DNA of 30,370 nt from positions 1 through 30,370 of the IMG/VR virus record IMGVR_UViG_3300030330_002396, one strand, 5' to 3'. The position numbers and the translations under genes are program-made. The stretch's first letter is position 1; each line of letters opens with the position of its first letter. The notes beneath the pieces are model-generated. The model was not told the DNA's origin. It worked only from the letters and a program-made list of their open reading frames with translations, and ran no database searches. Below are positions 1-6,640 of the stretch, piece by piece. This DNA comes from a virus. Its lineage: Duplodnaviria; Caudoviricetes.

Positions 1-12
1 TTTTCAAAAGAA

Positions 13-357
13 ATGAAGTATGAACCAACAGAAAGTATGAAGCGTAAAATTGAGGCTGTGTTCACCGCAGTTTCCGAGTGTTACGGCATACCCCTCCAGC
101 AGATGTTAAGCCGAAGGAGGGATGCACACACCGCAGAAGCACGGTTTGTTGCAATCCACCTGGCCGGCAAAATTCCAATGGCTTCATGGCCCACCATTGC
201 TTGGTATGCAAACAGACATCACTTGTCTTGCATCTACGCAAACAAACAGGTGATGGAGTGGAAAGATACAGACTCTCAGTTTGCACAAAGACTTGCCGGA
301 GCGACAGAATCCGTCGATCCATTGATAAAAATCACCGATAAACCTAAAAAAGTATGA
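13..357 (+). CDS. Stand-alone DnaA C-terminal (domain IV, HTH) DNA-binding protein
   Basis: IEAVFTAVSECYGIPLQQMLSRRRDAHTAEARFVAIHL...SWPTIA...RHHLSCIYANKQV follows the Bac_DnaA_C pattern (I..V...y.i....l.s..R.......AR.iAmyL......S...Ig....RDHttV.ya...i). Confidence 0.8.
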   Translation: MKYEPTESMKRKIEAVFTAVSECYGIPLQQMLSRRRDAHTAEARFVAIHLAGKIPMASWPTIAWYANRHHLSCIYANKQVMEWKDTDSQFAQRLAGATESVDPLIKITDKPKKV

Positions 358-635
358 CAGAAAACAGAAAAACTAAACAGCAGTTGACAGAAAACAATCC
401 ATCGGACAGGGATCTTGCCCTTGTCCGTTATAAAAACAGAAAAGAAAGAAGGGGCAGGCCACGCAAATGGATGCCAGGGGACAGGGTGAGGTTGCAGACA
501 ACTATCACTCCCAAAACTCACGATCTACTACACAAGCTGGCCGATGAGAACCATTGCTGCACTGGAGTTATAATTGATTGGATGTTAAAACCTGAGCCAA
601 GACATGAGAATGAACCTTTGCATATTAAAATATGA
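354..635 (+). CDS. Small DNA-binding protein (AT-hook plus ribbon-helix-helix-like)
   Basis: RRGRPRKW AT-hook motif followed by RVRLQTTITPKTHDLLHKLADE...GVIIDWML; ATGA overlaps at both ends. Confidence 0.6.
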   Translation: MTENRKTKQQLTENNPSDRDLALVRYKNRKERRGRPRKWMPGDRVRLQTTITPKTHDLLHKLADENHCCTGVIIDWMLKPEPRHENEPLHIKI

Positions 636-2479
636 AGACACCCGACGAGATAAAAAGGGAACTCAGTTCCAAAATTGATAGGCTCATGGCAGAAATGTTT
701 CCCGGCGCAAAGCGGGAAGCGGGTGGTCGGTATGTCATGGCCGACTTGCGGGGCGATGCCGAAGGCAGATCCTGCAATGTGTTCAAGTCAAAGAATTCCT
801 CTGTCTACGTTGCCAAGGATCACCAGACTGGGGAGAGTTGCAACATCCTAGAACTGTGCCACCGCAAGCTAGGAGGATCGTTCTCAGAGACGATGAGATG
901 GGCTCTCAAGTTCTGTGGGTTTGAGCAAATCAGAACTGTCAAGACAGAGGATAGGGTGGAGGTTCAATCTGTTCCTGACACTGCTCTCAGGGGCAGCGAG
1001 GTGCACCGCTACATGGTTGAAAAACGAGGGATCAACGAACGCACCCTAGGCAAATTCAACATCTTTCACCACGAGCAGAAGGGTGGACACTGGTGGGGGG
1101 CTCCGCTCTATGATACTGAAGGCCGTTGCCGGATGCTCAAGTTTACTTGTGTTACTAGGATTGGAAACAAGAAACAAATCTACAGCACCCAGCCAGTGTT
1201 TGCCACGCCTTTTGGTTTGCACTTAGTGGGGGAGGACGACCGGGAGCTTATCATTTGTGAAGGGGAGATTGATTGTATGAGTCTCCACCAGATACAGAAG
1301 GAGAAAAGCATTCCAGTAATTGCTGTCCCCTCAGCTAGCAATCATGGTTGGATTGAGAACTGCTTTGAGATGCTCACCCGAATGGAACGTATCTACGTTG
1401 CCAGCGACATGGATGACGCAGGTCAGCAGATGTTTATCAAGCTCTCTCAGAGGCTATCAGCGGATCGCTGTTATCGGATTGAAATACCGGAACCACACAA
1501 CGACGTGAACGACTGGCTGGTCAAGGATCACCCCACTGAGGACGATCTAAAGAGGCTCATGGACAATGCCAAAGGCAACGAGCCAGAGGCATTGGTGAGG
1601 CCCAACGATTTCGTGCTACAGATGCAGGATTGTGTCACCCAACAAGAGAGGGAGAGGGAGTGGAAGAACTGGTGTTTCCAAGATATGCCCTTGTCCTTGA
1701 GGGAGAGCGAGCTGTTCACTATCATTGGCATCCCCGGTTCAGGGAAAAGCCAGATAGCTTACCAGCTACTGCTTCACCTAGCCAGCACAGGAACCAAGTG
1801 TATGGCAGTGAGTTTTGAGGTACCCATTGAGAACATGATGCTCCAACTAGGAACACAACTCCTTGGAGAGGAACCCAAGCATGAGCAGTGTGCGCAAGTT
1901 GCAGATGAACTAGGAGAGAACATCTACTTCATCGACGATACCAACTTCCGAGACTGTGGAAACAACTGGGAAGGACTGAAGGCAGAGATTATATTGGCCA
2001 AGCAGAAGTATGGTATTAACACTATATTGATAGATAGTTTTAGCTACCTTGCACCCAAGCTTGACTTTGAGCAGCAAGGTCTTATCAGTAAAGACCTAGC
2101 TAGGACAGCGGTTAAGCACCAGCTTTCCATTGTCCTGATAGCTCATGCAGATGCAAAAAGCAAAGAGAACGGCGGTACTAAGTATGCCCCTACAAGCCCC
2201 GGATCTATCCTTGGCAGCCAAGAACTGTCCCAAGCTAGCCACACCATTTGCTCAATGCACCGCAACACTTCTAAGGAGTTGGCAATGTCCAACGGAAGTG
2301 CAGAAGAGCAGGATAAATACAAGAAGCAGGGTGATGCAGTTTTCACCGTCTTCAAGCAACGCAACAGCGGGGTCAACTTTAGCCGCGACCTTTGGTTTGA
2401 TACCAAAACCCGGCTTTTCCAAACAAGCCCAATCTCTACCCTCTCACCTGAGGATGAGTATTGGTACAACTTAGACTAA
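632..2479 (+). CDS. DNA primase-helicase (TOPRIM plus SF4 helicase; T7 gp4/Twinkle-like)
   Basis: TOPRIM IICEGEIDCMS and SDMDDAG, PHNDVNDWL; Walker A GIPGSGKS; SFE; Walker B ILIDS; LIAH; KQRNSG arginine finger. Confidence 0.95.
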   Translation: MKTPDEIKRELSSKIDRLMAEMFPGAKREAGGRYVMADLRGDAEGRSCNVFKSKNSSVYVAKDHQTGESCNILELCHRKLGGSFSETMRWALKFCGFEQIRTVKTEDRVEVQSVPDTALRGSEVHRYMVEKRGINERTLGKFNIFHHEQKGGHWWGAPLYDTEGRCRMLKFTCVTRIGNKKQIYSTQPVFATPFGLHLVGEDDRELIICEGEIDCMSLHQIQKEKSIPVIAVPSASNHGWIENCFEMLTRMERIYVASDMDDAGQQMFIKLSQRLSADRCYRIEIPEPHNDVNDWLVKDHPTEDDLKRLMDNAKGNEPEALVRPNDFVLQMQDCVTQQEREREWKNWCFQDMPLSLRESELFTIIGIPGSGKSQIAYQLLLHLASTGTKCMAVSFEVPIENMMLQLGTQLLGEEPKHEQCAQVADELGENIYFIDDTNFRDCGNNWEGLKAEIILAKQKYGINTILIDSFSYLAPKLDFEQQGLISKDLARTAVKHQLSIVLIAHADAKSKENGGTKYAPTSPGSILGSQELSQASHTICSMHRNTSKELAMSNGSAEEQDKYKKQGDAVFTVFKQRNSGVNFSRDLWFDTKTRLFQTSPISTLSPEDEYWYNLD

Positions 2480-2482
2480 AAT

Positions 2483-3022
2483 ATGTCACAAATAAAAACA
2501 ATAAAAACAGTACGTCTCATGGGAGACGAACCAAGAAGCACACCTAACGGGGATCTCTGGGGATTCTGGTTAGAATTTGACGATGGCACAAAAGGAGTTG
2601 CCAACGGCAAAAGCAAAGCCCCTCGTTGGGCAGAGGTGGGAGCCACAGTAGAGGCAACCGACTCAACATACAAGACCCCGAAGGGTCACACTAAATGGAA
2701 AATCTCAATACCAAGAGAGATTCCACAGGACAGTCAAGGGTACACCGGGCATCAGTCAAAGGATGGAACCGAGACGTTCTACAAACGACCGAACTACTCC
2801 AACAATGGCAGTAGCGGAGTAGACAAGGGAAGAGAGATTGCCATTCAAGCTTGCATCAACCAAGCAAGCCAAGTGGCAGCTCAAGACAGCACGTTCAAGA
2901 GCGGTGGATACAATGAGCAATTCAAATACATTGTATTCTCCATTGCAAAGGACTTGCTGGAAGTGAGGGAAGCTATCCAAGAGGGCCGAGATTTGGTTCA
3001 GGAGGAAGGAGCACCTTTCTAA
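2483..3022 (+). CDS. Putative single-stranded DNA-binding protein
   Basis: Beta-rich N-terminus, flexible G/S/N linker and an acidic C-terminus ending EEGAPF like SSB tails; lies between the helicase and exonuclease genes. Confidence 0.5.
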   Translation: MSQIKTIKTVRLMGDEPRSTPNGDLWGFWLEFDDGTKGVANGKSKAPRWAEVGATVEATDSTYKTPKGHTKWKISIPREIPQDSQGYTGHQSKDGTETFYKRPNYSNNGSSGVDKGREIAIQACINQASQVAAQDSTFKSGGYNEQFKYIVFSIAKDLLEVREAIQEGRDLVQEEGAPF

Positions 3023-3029
3023 TTAAACT

Positions 3030-3057
3030 GCGGGGGCTCCGGCCCCCGCTTTATATT
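3030..3057 (+). terminator. Putative intrinsic terminator hairpin
   Basis: GCGGGGGC-TCCG-GCCCCCGC perfect 8-bp stem (3030-3049) followed by TTTATATT. Confidence 0.7.
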
Positions 3058-3825
3058 ATGGCCCACTTTTATGAAATCAAAAAAGACTCAGGCTTCCTTC
3101 GGGATGACCTGTCCACTCCCTTCCAAGCAAGGAGGGAGGCCAATAACAGTGGAAAAATAATCGTTGCTAGCGTCACCGAAAAGCTGAAGGTTTTTCCTGA
3201 TCCATTCTTTGAGACTTGGAGAACCAAAAAAGCAATAGAACTCAGCAAGGAACACCCGCATCTCAGTGAGGAGAAAATCATGGAGATGATGTGGGGAATG
3301 AGGGTTCACCCGAAGACGGGTGAGGAAGTGACGTCATCTTCTTGGGGGACTGAATGTCACAAGCATTTAGAAACCACCATTTGCGGGGGTCAGTGTCCCC
3401 CATCTTGGGAACCATTTGTAATGCCATTTATTGAATGGGCGGATGACCAAGACCTAGAGGTGGTGGAGGTTGAGGGTGTTATTTCCAACAGCGACAAGGA
3501 ATTTAATACGGCAGGAACCATTGATCTGCTGGCTATACACAATGGTAAGCTTGCCTTGTTTGACTACAAGACGAGGGAGGTGGCAGAGCATCAGGACATT
3601 ACTCGCAAAGGATACCACAAAGATGCTATGCAACTAGCTTCGGAATCTAGGATGGTAAAGATTGCTAGTTACCTAGACTATGACCCGCCAATTTATACCG
3701 TCATAATCAACACCAACAACGGTGACACCCATGTCAAGAAGTGGACTGAGCAGGCACAGGCCAAGGCACTGGATGATGCTATAAGTTGCTTCATGTTCTA
3801 TGACTTGGTGAACAAGATGCGATGA
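3058..3825 (+). CDS. PD-(D/E)XK exonuclease (RecB/Cas4-like phage nuclease)
   Basis: GTECHKHLE, VEVE, AGTIDLL, LFDYKT and MQLAS motifs; lacks the C-terminal Fe-S cysteine cluster of Cas4. Confidence 0.85.
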   Translation: MAHFYEIKKDSGFLRDDLSTPFQARREANNSGKIIVASVTEKLKVFPDPFFETWRTKKAIELSKEHPHLSEEKIMEMMWGMRVHPKTGEEVTSSSWGTECHKHLETTICGGQCPPSWEPFVMPFIEWADDQDLEVVEVEGVISNSDKEFNTAGTIDLLAIHNGKLALFDYKTREVAEHQDITRKGYHKDAMQLASESRMVKIASYLDYDPPIYTVIINTNNGDTHVKKWTEQAQAKALDDAISCFMFYDLVNKMR

Positions 3826-4757
3826 ATGAGTTACATCTTTTTGCAGGAGCAGGGGGAGGTATCCTCGGTGGACAGCTACTCGGACATACCACAGTCTGTG
3901 CTGTTGAAATTGAAGAGTACCCAAGACGGGTTTTGCTCCAGCGACAGCGAGACGGAGTGTTGCCCAAGTTCCCCATCTGGGACGATGTCTGCACCTTTGA
4001 CGGAAAGCCCTGGCGAGGAACAGTTGATGTTATTTGCGGAGGATTTCCCTGCCAAGACATTAGTTCCGCAGGAAGAGGAGCCGGCATTGGGGGAAAGCGT
4101 TCGGGACTATGGAAAGAATATGCCCGAATTATTGACGAGATACGGCCTAAAATTGTCTTTGCGGAAAACTCTCCGCTTCTGCGGGGTCGCGGGCTTGACG
4201 TTGTCCTCGGAGACTTGTCCGAATTGGGGTATGATGCAAGATGGTGCGTGTTGGGAGCTTGGCACGTCGGCGCGCCCCATAAAAGAAATAGGATGTGGGT
4301 ACTTGCAAGCGACTCATCAGTATATAATTCCCACTCCAACAACCATGCCAGAAGCTCCGAACAAAAACGCAAACACAAACGGCCCGAAGAATCTGTTGGA
4401 GGTTGCTCAAAACAACTGGAATCCAAGCCAGATGTGGCCGACCCCAACTTGCAGAGACTACAAGGGGACAAACTCGCCGGAGGGTCTGACACGCAAGGAC
4501 GGCAAAAGCAGGATGAGCCAGTTGCCAAATGCCGTGAAATACCGAACTCCTCAGTCACGAGACTGGAAGGGGACGTCAGGGGGGTTTCAGAAGGGCAAGG
4601 ATCTCCCAGGCCAAGTTGGTGGGCATCTGAACCCAGCGTGGGTAGAATGGCTCATGGGGTGGCCCATAGAGTGGACAGACTCAAAGCCATTGGAAACGGA
4701 CAGGTTCCAGCAGTGGCAGCAACAGCATGGAACATTTTAAATGAAGGTTTGGACTGA
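3822..4757 (+). CDS. DNA (cytosine-5)-methyltransferase, catalytic polypeptide (motifs I-VIII and X)
   Basis: Motif I LFAGAGG, IV GGFPCQDIS, VI AENS, VIII PHKRNRMWV, X RLKAIGNGQVP; no motif IX in this frame. Confidence 0.95.
   Translation: MNELHLFAGAGGGILGGQLLGHTTVCAVEIEEYPRRVLLQRQRDGVLPKFPIWDDVCTFDGKPWRGTVDVICGGFPCQDISSAGRGAGIGGKRSGLWKEYARIIDEIRPKIVFAENSPLLRGRGLDVVLGDLSELGYDARWCVLGAWHVGAPHKRNRMWVLASDSSVYNSHSNNHARSSEQKRKHKRPEESVGGCSKQLESKPDVADPNLQRLQGDKLAGGSDTQGRQKQDEPVAKCREIPNSSVTRLEGDVRGVSEGQGSPRPSWWASEPSVGRMAHGVAHRVDRLKAIGNGQVPAVAATAWNILNEGLD
3826..4740 (+). CDS. Alternative-frame partner polypeptide of the C5 methyltransferase (motif IX plus xxTP repeat modules)
   Basis: 304 codons open in the +1 frame; starts directly after the upstream TGA (3823-3825) and ends directly before the next ATG (4741); contains motif IX-like LNPAWVEWLMGWP. 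The true start may be an internal Met. Confidence 0.8.
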   Translation: MSYIFLQEQGEVSSVDSYSDIPQSVLLKLKSTQDGFCSSDSETECCPSSPSGTMSAPLTESPGEEQLMLFAEDFPAKTLVPQEEEPALGESVRDYGKNMPELLTRYGLKLSLRKTLRFCGVAGLTLSSETCPNWGMMQDGACWELGTSARPIKEIGCGYLQATHQYIIPTPTTMPEAPNKNANTNGPKNLLEVAQNNWNPSQMWPTPTCRDYKGTNSPEGLTRKDGKSRMSQLPNAVKYRTPQSRDWKGTSGGFQKGKDLPGQVGGHLNPAWVEWLMGWPIEWTDSKPLETDRFQQWQQQHGTF

Positions 4758-5118
4758 AGCTAGACTAAGATCTTTTATTATGTCCTGCGTTAGATCGGGG
4801 ACTAGGCGATGGGCTCCCAAATATCAGACTCTCAATGACGCATTTGTAGAGAGTCAGAAGAACCCCAAGACTGGCAGGATGCGGAAGATGTACCGCTGTG
4901 CTATTACCAAGGAGCTTTTCCCTGCAAAGGATATGCAGGTCGATCACATCGAGCCGGTAATCCCCGAAAAGTGGGGACGCAAAACCAAGTGGCTTGGATA
5001 CAATTGGAACGAGCTTCTTCCTAGATTGTTCTGCGGTAAAGAAAACCTACAGGCAGTCAGCAAAGAAGCACACAAGGCCAAGACAAAGGAAGAGAACGCT
5101 AGGAGAAAAAAGAAATGA
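4741..5118 (+). CDS. HNH endonuclease-like protein
   Basis: YRCAIT...MQVDHIEPV...ENLQAVSKEAHKAKT follows the VDH..P...NLQ.lC..CH..KT pattern with degenerate Cys ligands. Confidence 0.75.
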   Translation: MKVWTEARLRSFIMSCVRSGTRRWAPKYQTLNDAFVESQKNPKTGRMRKMYRCAITKELFPAKDMQVDHIEPVIPEKWGRKTKWLGYNWNELLPRLFCGKENLQAVSKEAHKAKTKEENARRKKK

Positions 5119-5570
5119 ACGACAATGAAAGATTTAAAAAGCACCTAGCCAAAAGTCACGGGCCAGTATGGAAAATTGCAAACCACATCAGCTTGATGGG
5201 TTATCCAGTAAACATACCACCAACATTCGTTGCTCCATCACATGAAGAGTGGGAGGAGTTTGCAGATGACGGGGACTTGTATGTTGGTCAAAGGATTGAA
5301 GTGAAAAAGCTAGGGGTTGATTTTACCAGCAGAGCAGACTGGCCCTTCGGTTCTAAGTTTATTGTGTGTGCTAGACATTCATTTGACAGAGCAAAGCCAA
5401 GACCATACAGGTATTTTTATTTAAACAAAAAAGAAACCCATGCAGCAATTGTGAAGGGAAGCTCACACAAGAGCTGGTATTGCGAAACTAAAAAAGACTC
5501 ACGGTATGAAGATATGGTGCAATCATTCTATATGTCCCCGATGCACTTGGTTAAATTTGTAGAGCTATGA
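5115..5570 (+). CDS. Hypothetical protein, possible PD-(D/E)XK nuclease fold
   Basis: DDGDLYVGQRIEVKK resembles D-x(n)-E-x-K; ATGA overlaps at both ends. Confidence 0.55.
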   Translation: MNDNERFKKHLAKSHGPVWKIANHISLMGYPVNIPPTFVAPSHEEWEEFADDGDLYVGQRIEVKKLGVDFTSRADWPFGSKFIVCARHSFDRAKPRPYRYFYLNKKETHAAIVKGSSHKSWYCETKKDSRYEDMVQSFYMSPMHLVKFVEL

Positions 5571-5896
5571 TATTCCGATCAGATCCTCAGCACAAAGTTG
5601 TCGTTCTCCCCAAGAACAGTGACGAGAGAAAGAAGTGGCCCATATATTCAGGCGTACTATCCCCTTTTCCAAATGCAATTGCAGCAGTGGCACGGCAATC
5701 CTATGCTGGCAACGAGAAACATTGCGATCCACTTGAACCCCTGCACTGGGAACCAAACAAATCTAACGATCACCATGACTGCCTAATGCGACACCTCCTA
5801 GAGGAGGACTATGTAGCTGTGGCGTGGAGAGCCTTGGCTCTTCTTGAAACTAAAATACAAAACGAAGAATATTATGGACCTGAAAGAAGAAGTTAG
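5567..5896 (+). CDS. dATP/dGTP diphosphohydrolase-like (DUF5664-type) protein
   Basis: ERKKWPIYSG...FPNAIAAVARQSYAGNEKH...LHW...HHDCLMRHL...AVAWRALALLE resembles the all-alpha phage DUF5664 family. Confidence 0.7.
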   Translation: MIFRSDPQHKVVVLPKNSDERKKWPIYSGVLSPFPNAIAAVARQSYAGNEKHCDPLEPLHWEPNKSNDHHDCLMRHLLEEDYVAVAWRALALLETKIQNEEYYGPERRS

Positions 5897-6104
5897 CAGC
5901 AATAAACCAAGACCTAGCCCCAAGTGGGACCGTGCTTTTACCCAAAGGCTTAAGGATGTTTGTTGGGAAAATGAAATACCTTACGTTCTGCGCTCCACCA
6001 CTCCCTTCCTTGAAGCTCTTGGTTTAGAGAAGAGTAATTCTAACAGAAAGAAGATTAGTAGACACTTGGTTTATTGTGTTACCAAGAGAGAACACTTAGA
6101 CTAG
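5874..6104 (+). CDS. Hypothetical protein
   Basis: ATG at 5874 (MDLKEEV...) preferred over the TTG at 5844; fills the gap in the operon. Confidence 0.5.
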   Translation: MDLKEEVSSNKPRPSPKWDRAFTQRLKDVCWENEIPYVLRSTTPFLEALGLEKSNSNRKKISRHLVYCVTKREHLD

Positions 6105-6160
6105 GAATTATCTTACCAATAGTTTTTCCGAGACAAAAACAAAAACAAGAAAGTTATATA

Positions 6161-6394
6161 ATGGACCTAGATAAACTAAAACAAGACTACTCTAATTATC
6201 TGATCAACACAGCAACGATAGACCAAGTGAAAGATTTACTAACTTCTTCGTTGACTGTTGTGGGATGTGCCAATGTTCTAAAAGCACAGGCTGCAAAAGC
6301 CATCGACGAGATGAGTGAGGAGCAGCGTGAAAAACTAGACGATCAGCTAAATCCTAAAGAGGAAGAAAATTTAGACGGTAATTCAGACGAGTAA
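6161..6394 (+). CDS. Hypothetical acidic helical protein
   Basis: ATG at 6161 (MDLDKLK...) after an A-rich leader; last gene of the + arm. Confidence 0.65.
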   Translation: MDLDKLKQDYSNYLINTATIDQVKDLLTSSLTVVGCANVLKAQAAKAIDEMSEEQREKLDDQLNPKEEENLDGNSDE

Positions 6395-6443
6395 TCTCTG
6401 GAAATGGTGTTTTATCTTTTTTCACCTTTCATTAAACCCGTCG

Positions 6444-6465
6444 GGGCCGAGGTTATTCTCGGCCC
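6444..6465. terminator. Hairpin at the convergence of the two arms (possible bidirectional terminator)
   Basis: GGGCCGAG-GTTATT-CTCGGCCC 8-bp stem between stop 6394 (+) and stop 6473 (-), followed by TTAATATTT. Confidence 0.65.
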
Positions 6466-6472
6466 TTAATAT

Positions 6473-6640
6473 TTAGTAGGAGATGGGCTTTCTGGATTCA
6501 CCAATAACCCTGTCCTGCCTAACAAGTGGCCTACTAGATGCTGTGTGCGTTCTTCCAGTGAACCAACGACCATCTTTGAAGTGCTTGTGCTTCCCGGTGT
6601 AGTTCTTGCCGTCCAGCATATATATAGTTTTAGTTTTCAT
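6473..6640 (-). CDS. Small basic His/Gly-rich protein, 55 aa (not in the ORF track)
   Basis: Hand translation MKTKTIYMLDGKNYTGKHKHFKDGRWFTGRTHTASSRPLVRQDRVIGESRKPISY; overlaps the end of the 1206-aa gene; similar to 20139..20321. Confidence 0.75.
   Translation of the reverse strand: MKTKTIYMLDGKNYTGKHKHFKDGRWFTGRTHTASSRPLVRQDRVIGESRKPISY

Noticed and set aside
2145-2474. 109-aa same-strand alternative-frame ORF within the helicase C-terminus
   Set aside because: No recognisable motif or coupling to neighbours, and the main frame is complete, unlike the MTase case
3058-3825. Possible Cas4/CRISPR association
   Set aside because: No four-Cys Fe-S cluster, no repeat-spacer array and no other cas genes
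3791-4558. 255-aa antisense ORF over the dual-coded MTase (a third open frame)
   Set aside because: Ser/Pro/Cys-rich with no motif, opposite to the operon and with no coupling or RBS; most likely a by-product of constrained, GC-richer sequence
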